Below, piece by piece: positions 10,308-20,292 of a stretch of DNA of 64,000 nt; positions within the stretch are counted from its first letter, which is position 1; every line of letters starts with the position of its first letter. The notes beneath the pieces were generated by a model. It ran no database searches. It was not told where the DNA came from and was given only the letters and a program-made list of their open reading frames with translations. Position numbers and translations under genes: made by a program. Source of the stretch: an uncultured virus (IMG/VR IMGVR_UViG_2891407665_000020) (Duplodnaviria > Heunggongvirae > Uroviricota > Caudoviricetes); IMG/VR virus record IMGVR_UViG_2891407665_000020, one strand, 5' to 3'.

Positions 10308-10409
10308 GCGTTTAACAGTTATACACAGGCAGTTTATTGGGCACTAATGTGCGTCTTTTGCAGTATTGCATTATAATAGTAACAATGTAAAGAAGGAGGA
10401 GAAATCACA

Positions 10410-11324
10410 ATGACAGAAAGAATGGAAAAATACTTGGACTACTGTAAATATCGAAAAGAATTGGATGATAAGACTATAAAGGCATACCGAATTGATCTGC
10501 GTCAGTTTTCAGAAGCGGTCGAACGTGACACTTTAGACAGAACAGTGATTGAAGCATATATAACAGAGCTACATAAGAATTATAGGCAGAAAACCGTGAA
10601 ACGCAAAATAGCATCCATAAAGTCCTATTACAATTATTTAGAGGATGAGATGCTGATTGAAGAGAACCCATTCAGGAGGATTAAGGTTAAGTTCAAGGAA
10701 ACGGAGACTCTTCCGCGAATTATACCACGGGAGGAGATAGAGACGCTTTTAAACTGCATTTACCGGGAGCTTAATTCCAGTGTTGGCTGCGCGTACAGGT
10801 GCAGGCTTCGTGATGTGGCTGCCGTAGAATTGATGTTTGCCACAGGGGCAAGAGTATACGAGATATCCAGTATCAGAGAAGAGAGCATTAATCTAGACAG
10901 CGGTCTGATTCGATTTATGGGAAAGGGAAGAAAAGAGCGATATGTGCAGGTCAGCGACCCAGATGTTCTTTCTATACTCAGAAAATACTATGAGGAAAAT
11001 CAAGCAGCCATTAAAGAATGCGGATATTTCTTTGTAAACCGTTATGGCAATAGATTTACAGAGCAGGACATGCGGTACATGCTTAAACGGTATACAGCAT
11101 TAGCTGGAATTGAGAGGAATATTACGCCCCATATGTTCCGGCATTCATTCGCTACGTATTTAATCGAAGATGATGTAGACGTCAGCTGTGTACAGAGGAT
11201 ACTCGGGCACAGCTCTATTAACACTACGCAGATTTATATCCATGTGGCGGCAAAGAAGCAGGCCGAGATACTGAAAGAAAAGCACCCAAGGAACAAGATG
11301 AGAATAATACAGATACAGGGGTAG
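10410..11324 (+). CDS. Tyrosine recombinase (XerC/D-like), candidate invertase
   Basis: N-terminal SAM-like core-binding domain (KTIKAYRIDL); catalytic residues R (TGARVYE), K (GKGRKER), H-x-x-R (HMFRHSFAT), H (LGH), Y (TTQIY). Confidence 0.92.
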   Translation: MTERMEKYLDYCKYRKELDDKTIKAYRIDLRQFSEAVERDTLDRTVIEAYITELHKNYRQKTVKRKIASIKSYYNYLEDEMLIEENPFRRIKVKFKETETLPRIIPREEIETLLNCIYRELNSSVGCAYRCRLRDVAAVELMFATGARVYEISSIREESINLDSGLIRFMGKGRKERYVQVSDPDVLSILRKYYEENQAAIKECGYFFVNRYGNRFTEQDMRYMLKRYTALAGIERNITPHMFRHSFATYLIEDDVDVSCVQRILGHSSINTTQIYIHVAAKKQAEILKEKHPRNKMRIIQIQG

Positions 11325-11435
11325 TACGGTTTGTGGAGAGGGTGTATGCGGGGGTGTAAGCGCTATAGGATAAGACTATAGATAACTGAAAGGAAATATA
11401 AATTATGAGGAATGATTTCGAATTACAAAAATCTC

Positions 11436-11464
11436 TTGTTAAAAAATAGGATATGTGGTACAAT
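11436..11464 (+). promoter_or_regulatory. sigmaA promoter P1, outside invertible cassette 1
   Basis: TTGTTA-17bp-TACAAT with extended -10 TG. Confidence 0.65.
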
Positions 11465-11474
11465 GATGTCGTAG

Positions 11475-11545
11475 TAAAGGATAATAAGAAATTATCTTTC
11501 AGTATTTGTTAGATTGGAGAATACTTAGATGATTAATTTATATGA
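11475..11545 (+). repeat. Left arm of 71-bp perfect inverted repeat (IR1-L)
   Basis: Exact reverse complement of 14988-15058; contains GGATAA-TAAGAAA-TTATCT, the RBS and the ATG (MINLYE). Confidence 0.95.
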
Positions 11546-13970
11546 GTTTCAAAAGCGAACTCAAGAAAAAATTTGTGAGAAATTTAAAAGTGAAAATTTA
11601 ATTGTCCTATTAGGAGAAGAAGGAAGCGGAAAATCTACCATTATTAATGAATTATGTAAAAATCAAGAATTAAGCTCATATAATATTATAAAATTCACTG
11701 CTGATAAAACAAGTACAGCTGCTGAATATAATTGTATACCACAAGATAAACGACATGCTTTACTAGAGGAATCCTACAGTTTACAAATCAGTAAAGGGTT
11801 TTTAAAAGATATTGCAACAACTGTTACAAACGTTGTGGGCATTAGTTTTACAGATATGATGGAATCTTTAATGTCTTTACAAGAAATAAACGAATTAGAG
11901 CGTTTATTAAAAGTGCTAACTCACAACAAGAGTCTAGTTCATACACTCTATGTATTTGATAATATAGAATATTATGATAGTAAATCTGTGTTACTGATGA
12001 ATAATCTCATAAATTATATAATTAATAATGTTACTAATTCTAAAATGTTGCTTGCTGCAAATTCCGGAGAGAGCATCTTAGAAATGGAATTACCAGAAGT
12101 GGAATTTCTAGAAATTCTTGCCCCGACAGCACCTGAAGATTTCGAAGAATTTAAACCTATACCTGAATCAATAATTAAATGTACTCCCATTAAATATCTT
12201 ATAAAGTTTAAAAAATCTTCAAAAGACAAACAAATTAATAATTCAATCCCCGCTTTTTATAAAAATCAAATAGAAAAACTATCACATGAGTTTCCATTCA
12301 TTAAATATATTTTATATATATTAACATTATTTGATGAACCTTTAGATTTTTCTACAATAGCTATGTTATTACCAGAAATACCAGAGTATCAATTATATGA
12401 AGCAATAGTTGTTTTAAAATCAAAAGCAATCATCGAATCAACTTATCAAGGTAAAGAAGAAAACTATTGGCTTCTGCCATTTATAAAAAAATCTCTAACT
12501 GTATGTATTCCTGAATATGTTTTTCAGTATCGGTATTCTATTCTAAGTAAGCAAATGGAATGCGTGGAAACGTTTAATTATGTATTTAAATATACAATGT
12601 ATTTAAAAGTTGAGAATTATGAAAATGCTTATGGAAGCGCTATTTCAGCGTATTGCGCTAATGCAAGAGGTGAGACAAGATTTACAGGTACTGAACTAGG
12701 AAAATTAAATATATTTTTGCGCGATTCTCCTTACTTAGATTGTTTTTCTGTATTAGTAAATTGCTATAAACTATATAACCAAAATCAATATGATAAATGC
12801 TATGAGTGTGTTTCAAAATTTCATAGAGATAATAGTATATGGAGAAATGATGAATTTCAGCTAGCTTCATATACACCGGAATTCCTAATGGAATCTATAT
12901 TACTTCGGGAATGTTGTGTTGGAAGGATTTATGAGCATGATCAAACAGTAATTTGTGAAGAGTTAGGCTTATTAGATGCAATAATCAAGGTTTCGAAGAT
13001 TTTTAAAAATACATATCTATGGTTAAGATTAGAAGAGAAAAAGTTATTGCTAAGCTCCTATATCAGTCAACCCTCTCACAAAAAACAAAAAGAGTTAATA
13101 AATCATTTTTATAAATTATGTAACGCTTATCAAGCGCAAATTCGCGCTAGTTCTTGCAAATCTTTGAAGCAATGGACAACTCATTATGCAGCTCTTTTAA
13201 TGAAAGTCAATTTTATCCCTAATGTTGTAAACAAGGGATTTATATTAAATAAAGGATATTCTATTTTTGAAAAGAGCAAGGAATATAATGGAAAAAATTA
13301 TTTAAGAGCAGCGTGCAATTATGCCTGCGATTTGATGTGGCGAAATGGATTTGATAAAGCTAAAAAAATTTTAGAATCTGCAATTAACTATATAAAAGCT
13401 CATCAAATTGAAGAGTATTGGGGTATTATATTTCAGATGAAAATATTTGCTCAGCTATATGATGTGCATCCTGTTGAACCAATAATCCTGCTGAAAGAAT
13501 ATAGAAATGTTGTATGGAAGAACGTAAGCATACGAGAAAAAATGCATGAACCTTATATATGTAAATCGAATTATGCCATTTTATTGGCGGCAGCGGGACA
13601 GATAAGGAAAGCGCTTTTATTTCTAAAGGATATTGTAGATGAAAAAAAAGAAAATAGTTATAGTATATATGACAAATACTTGTTATATACCAATCTTGCC
13701 GCGCTTGAATTTTTAAACGGAAATTCCGTAAATGCAATAAAAATAGAAAGTGAGTGTAGTGATTGGATTGATCAAATTCCTATCTTTTCCTCCCCATTAT
13801 TGCAAAAGAGGCATGAACTTGTTTTGCATATCTATCACAATGAAAGTAAAGACTATATCAATGATGTAATAAAGGTATTGGTACCAACATCTACATTGTC
13901 CAGCGGATACTGCTCAGATAACTATAATAGATTAATGCTATTTTCGGATATCAACTATTGGGCTGACTAG
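11529..13970 (+). CDS. Large P-loop NTPase (STAND/AAA-like) with helical, TPR-like C-terminus
   Basis: Walker A GEEGSGKS, Walker B-like LYVFDNIE, long helical C-terminal region; AT-rich. Confidence 0.7.
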   Translation: MINLYEFQKRTQEKICEKFKSENLIVLLGEEGSGKSTIINELCKNQELSSYNIIKFTADKTSTAAEYNCIPQDKRHALLEESYSLQISKGFLKDIATTVTNVVGISFTDMMESLMSLQEINELERLLKVLTHNKSLVHTLYVFDNIEYYDSKSVLLMNNLINYIINNVTNSKMLLAANSGESILEMELPEVEFLEILAPTAPEDFEEFKPIPESIIKCTPIKYLIKFKKSSKDKQINNSIPAFYKNQIEKLSHEFPFIKYILYILTLFDEPLDFSTIAMLLPEIPEYQLYEAIVVLKSKAIIESTYQGKEENYWLLPFIKKSLTVCIPEYVFQYRYSILSKQMECVETFNYVFKYTMYLKVENYENAYGSAISAYCANARGETRFTGTELGKLNIFLRDSPYLDCFSVLVNCYKLYNQNQYDKCYECVSKFHRDNSIWRNDEFQLASYTPEFLMESILLRECCVGRIYEHDQTVICEELGLLDAIIKVSKIFKNTYLWLRLEEKKLLLSSYISQPSHKKQKELINHFYKLCNAYQAQIRASSCKSLKQWTTHYAALLMKVNFIPNVVNKGFILNKGYSIFEKSKEYNGKNYLRAACNYACDLMWRNGFDKAKKILESAINYIKAHQIEEYWGIIFQMKIFAQLYDVHPVEPIILLKEYRNVVWKNVSIREKMHEPYICKSNYAILLAAAGQIRKALLFLKDIVDEKKENSYSIYDKYLLYTNLAALEFLNGNSVNAIKIESECSDWIDQIPIFSSPLLQKRHELVLHIYHNESKDYINDVIKVLVPTSTLSSGYCSDNYNRLMLFSDINYWAD

Positions 13971-15004
13971 TAAATATCACAATTTAACAGTGATGAACCT
14001 ATTATTGCTTTGAACATGCTAGTATTGTCATTAAAAAGATATTTGAAAGACTGCCAACAGGTTCCGGTACTTGCCAAAACCGGAAGCGCTGCAATATCAA
14101 AAATAAAGAAATCATTAGAATTTTTTATCCTGTAGTCTATGCGTGTTAAACACTCAGCATTCAAAAAACGCATAACACTTTTTGAATGTTCTAATAGCTC
14201 GGGAATAAGATTATTATACGGAAAATCCTCATTTGGTAGAATTTTAAATCTGTATTTAAAATCATCAACAGCATCATACGTTAATATATCGCCTTCAAAA
14301 TCTACGCATACTGGAGGCATTGCTATGTAATCATCTTGACCCTTTATAACAGGAACAGATACTTCATATCCATCAATATATTCTTGAATAATAATATCTT
14401 CCTTGTATTTTTTTCGCATCATAGAAGCTTTCTCTAGTATTAAAAATTGATCATTTTTTACTTTTGTCACTCCCAATGCTGCACATTCAAGGGAAGGCTT
14501 TAATATTACATATTCTGATAAAATTTCGTTTACCGGAGTCGATTGACCGGCATACACTATTGTGTTTGCAACATGGCTAAATTGACTTAATGTCAAGAAG
14601 TAGTGTGCTTTATTAAGTAGAAGTCCAGATAAGTAAGCGTCACAAGCAAGATTGTACATTTTATATCGATGACATAGAGATGGTATATAAGAACGTCTTT
14701 CTACACCAGTGCCGATTTGCACTGTACTATATAACAAATGCTTAATGCTAGTGTTTTTAAACCTTCCATCTCTAAGGTCTTTTTCAAATTCCGTATAATC
14801 TGTATAAGCAGTATAAATTAAAGATGAAAGTAAAAATCCTTGCTCTATATCTTTAATTTCAGCTGGAAAAATCATTCCCGTAGCTGCTTCGCACTGATAA
14901 GGGTTATCAAACAGAGTGATAACATGTAATGTTTGCTTTGATTTATTCGCTATATCAATTAATTCTTGAACTTGTCTTCTTATGTTTTCATATAAATTAA
15001 TCAT
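13967..15004 (-). CDS. ATP-grasp protein (D-Ala-D-Ala ligase-like fold)
   Basis: ILKPSLECAALGV, IIIQEYIDGYEVSVPV, TRIDYRI, FIFDIAALP. Confidence 0.75.
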   Translation of the reverse strand: MINLYENIRRQVQELIDIANKSKQTLHVITLFDNPYQCEAATGMIFPAEIKDIEQGFLLSSLIYTAYTDYTEFEKDLRDGRFKNTSIKHLLYSTVQIGTGVERRSYIPSLCHRYKMYNLACDAYLSGLLLNKAHYFLTLSQFSHVANTIVYAGQSTPVNEILSEYVILKPSLECAALGVTKVKNDQFLILEKASMMRKKYKEDIIIQEYIDGYEVSVPVIKGQDDYIAMPPVCVDFEGDILTYDAVDDFKYRFKILPNEDFPYNNLIPELLEHSKSVMRFLNAECLTRIDYRIKNSNDFFIFDIAALPVLASTGTCWQSFKYLFNDNTSMFKAIIGSSLLNCDIY

Positions 15005-15058
15005 CTAAGTATTCTCCAATCTAACAAATACTGAAAGATAATTTCTTATTATCCTTTA
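14988..15058 (-). repeat. Right arm of 71-bp inverted repeat (IR1-R)
   Basis: Exact reverse complement of 11475-11545. Confidence 0.95.
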
Positions 15059-15500
15059 TTAAATAGGATTGAATAGTAAACGAAGTGGCAGTTCTATCGC
15101 AAGTACCGAAAATTAGAGCACATTTTCCCATCAAAAGCCCCTTATAATGACTGCCTGGAAACGCAAGCATCTACTTGTGTAAGGAAACCTGAGCAGATTA
15201 GACTGATTATGAAATGCCGCTAGAACAGACTCTCTAATTATCAATAATGCCCGCAATGAGACATTTATCCCGGGACCTTTTACAACTGAGTCAGTAAACT
15301 TCAAAAATTCGGTTATACCATTTCAGATTCGGAAAATAACTGCAAATGTTACTTACTGTTTAAATAGAAGATGCTGTTGCTGTGAAAATGGTTGTATATA
15401 AAAATAGATAATTTCAACAAAATAATAGTTATTGTAGCATTATATTAAATAGAGGTTGCTAATCTGAAAATAAAAGATGATTAAAAAATAAAAATCAATA

Positions 15501-15529
15501 TTGCCAACAAGCAGAATCTGTTGTATAAT
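15501..15529 (+). promoter_or_regulatory. sigmaA promoter P2, outside invertible cassette 2
   Basis: TTGCCA-17bp-TATAAT. Confidence 0.7.
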
Positions 15530-15537
15530 ATTGTCGA

Positions 15538-15566
15538 AGTAAAGGATAATTCGGAGTTATCCGTTG
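15538..15566 (+). repeat. Left arm of 29-bp perfect inverted repeat (IR2-L)
   Basis: AGTAAAGGATAATTCGGAGTTATCCGTTG, the reverse complement of 20293-20321. Confidence 0.92.
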
Positions 15567-15678
15567 GATATCGTGATTGGAATAAAATAAGAGATTATCC
15601 GTTGTAAATGATTGTACACTGCCTATCAACAAAATTCGGATTACACTTTGGGCATTTTATAATCTGCATGGGGGCAAG

Positions 15679-18600
15679 ATGAAAAAATTACGTTTAGAGT
15701 ATTGGGATTATTTTACAAAAAAGGGTAAGGGTGGAAAAACAAGGGGAGATGGAATAAAGTTTGAAGGATTGGTTAAATGTTTGTTGGCAGCTCAATATGG
15801 AATAGAGTGGATCGGTACTCAAAAAAGCTACGATGATAATAGGGATTTTTGGATTTATTTCAAGGAAAAACATCTCTGGGCAGAGTGTAAAAACTATAAA
15901 GATTCAATTGCTATGGATGTTTTGGCACCGACTTTAGTAATGGCTCATATATACGAAGTAAATGAAATTTTATTTTTCAGTCGTTCAAACATTAACCCAA
16001 ATGCTAAAAATAAAATTTTAGCATTTGGTGAAAAAAGCAATAAGACAATTTTATTTTTCGATGGTGTAAATTTAGAAAAACTACTATGGGATTACCAGAA
16101 TTGTATACCTAAAGAATACTCCCCATCGGATTTTTGGGAAGACGCGCAGCCAGATTCATTTGCAGAGCCTTTTGTGCACCTATACTTCTTTAAGAATGCT
16201 GTTTCCAATGTAAATGCTATAGCAGAGTCCTTTATAAGTTACACAAGCGCAGATACAATATACTATAATGAAACATTTGCATTGACCTTTTTCTTAACAA
16301 ATAATCTTTCGGAAGATGATGTTGAAATTGGAATTGAATTTATGGATGACGGGAACGACCGGTTTTCATTTCAATATTTTAACCCGACCATTGTCCCTGA
16401 AAAGTGCCAATGGTATCAAGCATCTTTAAAAAGAGGAGAAGGAAGAGCGATTTCGCTGAATATGCGTCAAGTACGATATAAAGCTCAGATTTGTTTACCA
16501 AAGTTTCACGTTTGGATTTCATCTGCTAAAAGTGATTTTTTTGCTGAGTGGAATTCAGCGGTCAAATCTGTAAAATGTAGTTGGGTAGGAAAAACGCAGC
16601 TTATTGGTTCAAACTATTTAGGCATTCTTGAAATAACAGAGGAGCAGCTTATCGGCAATCCTAACCTATCTAGTTTGATTCTCACCGGAAGTAGTGGAAC
16701 AGGGAAAACCCGTCTTTTAAGTGAATGTCGAAATGTTTTTTTGAAAAAAGGCTATTGTATTCTTGATTTTTCAGGACAGAAAGATTTTTCTTCTCGATAT
16801 TTCTTAAAAGAAATTGTTTCTTTCCTGTATGAAATTCCCAGTGATATGGTGTTGGAACTGCTTGAACAGCGCTTATTTACTGATTATTCCGAGGAAAGTT
16901 TTCCGAAAAATACGGAAGCAGAAAAGGCAGTTCGTCTTCTGGCTTTAATTATGAAAAGCTGTACAGAGGATTCCCTGCAAAACATGTTGAGTTCATACGG
17001 CAGCATATTATATAAAAAGTTGTCGCAGAATAAAAATGTGCTGGTTATAGATAATTTGCAGTATACCGGAAGCGCGTTCCGATACTTTATAGAACAATAT
17101 ATTTACTATGCAATTAATCAGCAATCTGTAAACCATTCTGTTCTGCTACTTGCTTTCAATATTGATTACATGACAACTGCCACTTCAGAAATGCTTTATA
17201 ATCTTCTGCATTCGGATATTCCACGCTTACTTTCGTATCAATTGACGGGTTTTTGCAAAAAAGAGCAGGGTATTGCATTTCTACAGGAATTGACTCGAAC
17301 AAAGAAGGATGAGAATATAGATTTCTTCTCTGAGATTATTATTAAAGTTTCTCTTAATCCATACAACCTGTTTCAGACAGTGAAATATCTGGAAGAGACA
17401 GATATTGTCCAGATTACACCAGAAAAAAACGGATATATTGCTCCTGGCCTAGAAAAATATAGGGTACTCTCTAATATTGATATTACAGATGTATTAGAAA
17501 AAAGATTTCAATTTATCAGTATTCAGATTCCGATGGAAAAGCTCTTATTTATTTGTTCAGTCATATATGTATTTGATTTTGTCGATTCCAAACTGCAGAG
17601 TATATTTCAAATTTCAACTGAAGAGTTGGATTGTCTCTGTAAAAAACACATTTTGCAGTTATCGCAACAAGGCATCTATCTTTTCGATCATGACGTTATT
17701 CGTAAATTTTTTTGTACAAAATATGCAGACAGTGTTCTTAACTGTTTAGAATGGATTCATAGGCAGAAAAGCATAGAAAAAATTCGTCGATATCGGATGG
17801 CTTGTTCTGTCTACGAGGTTGCAATTGAAAAAAACAAAGAAACAATTTTGCGCTTTTGCCGCAATCTTCCCACGCTATGTATACCCGAGAGGCTCGCCTC
17901 GCTGTTTTATAACCATTTGTTAGATGCATTTACGGAACTGATAGAAGATGGCAATTATGAAGGAATGTATTTAAAATATATTCATCAGATATGCATATAT
18001 GTGCGGCAATATGATGGCTCCCAAAAAGCATGGTTAGTAACAAAGCAAATGTTTGACACTATTCAAGCATACTGCCCCGACGCATTGTCAAAGGACACGG
18101 CATACTACCGCCCATTGATACATTTTTCCTGTGATATTGCTATTCAATTATATTTCTATGAGGAAGCAGTTCTTTTTATAAATGACGTTTTAAATGCTTG
18201 TAAAAATGCATGCCCAAACAATGTGGAAAATAGTGATGAATTATATGTTTTACAGGCAATTATGTACAATCGCTGGTATATTACATATAATACGCAAAGT
18301 TACAAAGAAGAAATTCAAGAATTACGCCGCTCTTTAATGGATAAATCACGGGCTTATATTGACAAAATCGTTGATACGGAAAAGAAAGGGCTTATAGAAT
18401 ATCTTAACTTTTCTGATGAAGGTTATAACTATTATGGTTATCTAAAAAACAAGAAAAAACTATTAAATATATGGGACAATTGTATCAAGGATATTCCCAA
18501 TATGGTTCCTGAAAAAACATTGAATTATTACAGAAAAACAGTTCAATATGCATTGATTCATCAAGATAAAAACGCTGTCAAAGACGAAACGCGAAAGGCA

Positions 18601-19089
18601 ATGCAGTATCTAGAAGAAGGCAAATATTCACATGAACCGATTATTTTTAAAACGTTTTTCCTTATGGCGGAAATAATGTCTAATCTTCAGCATTCGCCGG
18701 AAAGGACATACTTCTATAATGCTCGGCTTATTGATAATATTTTACAAACACAATTGCTTCTAAATAATCACAAGATAGGAGATATTCTCCTTTTAAAAGG
18801 CGTAAATGCATATTATGCCGGAAATATGGATGAAGTTTATTATTCGTTTAAAGAAGCTTATGAGCACTATTCAAACGGTGAAACTTCTCGTTACTGGATA
18901 AAAGAATCTTTATTAAAAGAAAACGTAAATTACACATTTACGGTTCTCGGAATTTATAACAAAGGGTATAATGTCTCCTGTTTCCCTGATACATGGCGCA
19001 AGCCACTAATGCTTTCTAATCGAAATAAGTTTGAAGCAAGCGGTATTCAGCGTACGGGGGATTTATGCCTGAATCTGCCATTAATATGA
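15679..19089 (+). CDS. Mrr-like PD-(D/E)xK endonuclease fused to a P-loop NTPase and helical C-terminus (Avs/STAND-like defence candidate)
   Basis: GIKFEGLV...DDNRDF...WAECKNY nuclease motif; Walker A GSSGTGKT; Walker B VLVIDNLQ; LFDHDVIR. Confidence 0.75.
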   Translation: MKKLRLEYWDYFTKKGKGGKTRGDGIKFEGLVKCLLAAQYGIEWIGTQKSYDDNRDFWIYFKEKHLWAECKNYKDSIAMDVLAPTLVMAHIYEVNEILFFSRSNINPNAKNKILAFGEKSNKTILFFDGVNLEKLLWDYQNCIPKEYSPSDFWEDAQPDSFAEPFVHLYFFKNAVSNVNAIAESFISYTSADTIYYNETFALTFFLTNNLSEDDVEIGIEFMDDGNDRFSFQYFNPTIVPEKCQWYQASLKRGEGRAISLNMRQVRYKAQICLPKFHVWISSAKSDFFAEWNSAVKSVKCSWVGKTQLIGSNYLGILEITEEQLIGNPNLSSLILTGSSGTGKTRLLSECRNVFLKKGYCILDFSGQKDFSSRYFLKEIVSFLYEIPSDMVLELLEQRLFTDYSEESFPKNTEAEKAVRLLALIMKSCTEDSLQNMLSSYGSILYKKLSQNKNVLVIDNLQYTGSAFRYFIEQYIYYAINQQSVNHSVLLLAFNIDYMTTATSEMLYNLLHSDIPRLLSYQLTGFCKKEQGIAFLQELTRTKKDENIDFFSEIIIKVSLNPYNLFQTVKYLEETDIVQITPEKNGYIAPGLEKYRVLSNIDITDVLEKRFQFISIQIPMEKLLFICSVIYVFDFVDSKLQSIFQISTEELDCLCKKHILQLSQQGIYLFDHDVIRKFFCTKYADSVLNCLEWIHRQKSIEKIRRYRMACSVYEVAIEKNKETILRFCRNLPTLCIPERLASLFYNHLLDAFTELIEDGNYEGMYLKYIHQICIYVRQYDGSQKAWLVTKQMFDTIQAYCPDALSKDTAYYRPLIHFSCDIAIQLYFYEEAVLFINDVLNACKNACPNNVENSDELYVLQAIMYNRWYITYNTQSYKEEIQELRRSLMDKSRAYIDKIVDTEKKGLIEYLNFSDEGYNYYGYLKNKKKLLNIWDNCIKDIPNMVPEKTLNYYRKTVQYALIHQDKNAVKDETRKAMQYLEEGKYSHEPIIFKTFFLMAEIMSNLQHSPERTYFYNARLIDNILQTQLLLNNHKIGDILLLKGVNAYYAGNMDEVYYSFKEAYEHYSNGETSRYWIKESLLKENVNYTFTVLGIYNKGYNVSCFPDTWRKPLMLSNRNKFEASGIQRTGDLCLNLPLI

Positions 19090-19091
19090 AA

Positions 19092-20210
19092 TCAGCATTT
19101 CCGGTCTGCAATGATAGAAAGCGGTAAAATATTCCCATGGCGGTCTACAACGATATCATCTTGAATATTGCGCATACGAAACCAGAGCTCATTGTCAAAA
19201 AGTCCTACAAAGGTATCGACAAAATAAAGAATCGGCGTTACCAAATCAATGAACTCAAATGATGAATCATTGTATAATACAATATGTTCATTGTCCCGAA
19301 TGGCATTCGGACGTTCTATAATGTCAAGGAATTGAATACCTAAGCATTTTTCTATCATTTGATAAAAGGACTTTCTGTCATAAAGAGTTGTAAGGTCTAA
19401 CATAAGATATTGGTGCACATTTAGTGGATACATTTTAAGGAAATAGTCTGCGCTGATTTTATACCATGCACTATTATCATACACTATTTTTGCATAATCC
19501 TTCATACCATACATTCCTTTTGCATCCAGCCTATAATAGCTGAAACGGGATTTAGAGTTATTTGGATCGGTTCCTCCTTTATGATATGCAGTTGCTCCTG
19601 CAGATACCCATGTTTCGTAACCGATGTCACGTAAACGAAAACAATAGTCACAATCTGTATAAGAATAAGGAATGTCTTCATCCATTCCGCCAATGCGATT
19701 ATATAAAGTCTTGGTAGTCATCATTATAGCGCTACATACCGTCTGCACACAGCGGTCATCTGCTGCTAACGGATGGTTGTATAATAATCCCATCATAGTA
19801 TGCGCTGCATTGAATTTTGAATACATAATTCCAAAATCTAGGATTCGATTATTAAGCGGATTTATCAATTTTGCGCCTGCAACTCCAATTTTATCCGAGC
19901 TCAAAAATGTTTTTAGAAGTGCTTCGTACCAGCCATCCCATACAAAAATGTCTGCGTCTACAAAAGTAATAATTTCTCCGGCACACATTTCTACGCTAAG
20001 ATTTAATGCTTTAGGATATTGAATATTTTGGTACACCTTATAGTAATTACACCGTGGATTTGAGATTTCCATATCTAAATCGCTGCTGTTAACATTATTG
20101 CCAATAATAAAAATCTCCACATCATCAGGAACCGTTTTTAAAATCCTGTTCAAGCAAAATATGAGCATATCCTTATTTTTATGATATGTAATTATAATTG
20201 ATTGTCGCAT
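19092..20210 (-). CDS. Glycosyltransferase family 2 protein
   Basis: SIIITYH..., ITFVDAD (DxD), IGGMDED...YTDCDYCFRL. Confidence 0.85.
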   Translation of the reverse strand: MRQSIIITYHKNKDMLIFCLNRILKTVPDDVEIFIIGNNVNSSDLDMEISNPRCNYYKVYQNIQYPKALNLSVEMCAGEIITFVDADIFVWDGWYEALLKTFLSSDKIGVAGAKLINPLNNRILDFGIMYSKFNAAHTMMGLLYNHPLAADDRCVQTVCSAIMMTTKTLYNRIGGMDEDIPYSYTDCDYCFRLRDIGYETWVSAGATAYHKGGTDPNNSKSRFSYYRLDAKGMYGMKDYAKIVYDNSAWYKISADYFLKMYPLNVHQYLMLDLTTLYDRKSFYQMIEKCLGIQFLDIIERPNAIRDNEHIVLYNDSSFEFIDLVTPILYFVDTFVGLFDNELWFRMRNIQDDIVVDRHGNILPLSIIADRKC

Positions 20211-20292
20211 AAGACCTCGCTTTTCTTAATCATTTAATAAATAATCTAGTATTATCTCTTGTTAGCTGTAGCATCTGTATCTAACACATTTA

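Larger units (their letters stand above)
11475..15058. mobile_element. Putative invertible cassette 1 (NTPase / ATP-grasp)
   Basis: Convergent gene pair bounded by a 71-bp perfect IR, adjacent to a tyrosine recombinase. Confidence 0.7.

Noticed and set aside
13967..15004. Vancomycin-resistance or housekeeping ddl ligase
   Set aside because: Only the generic ATP-grasp fold is recognisable; Ddl-specific motifs and van cluster genes are absent.
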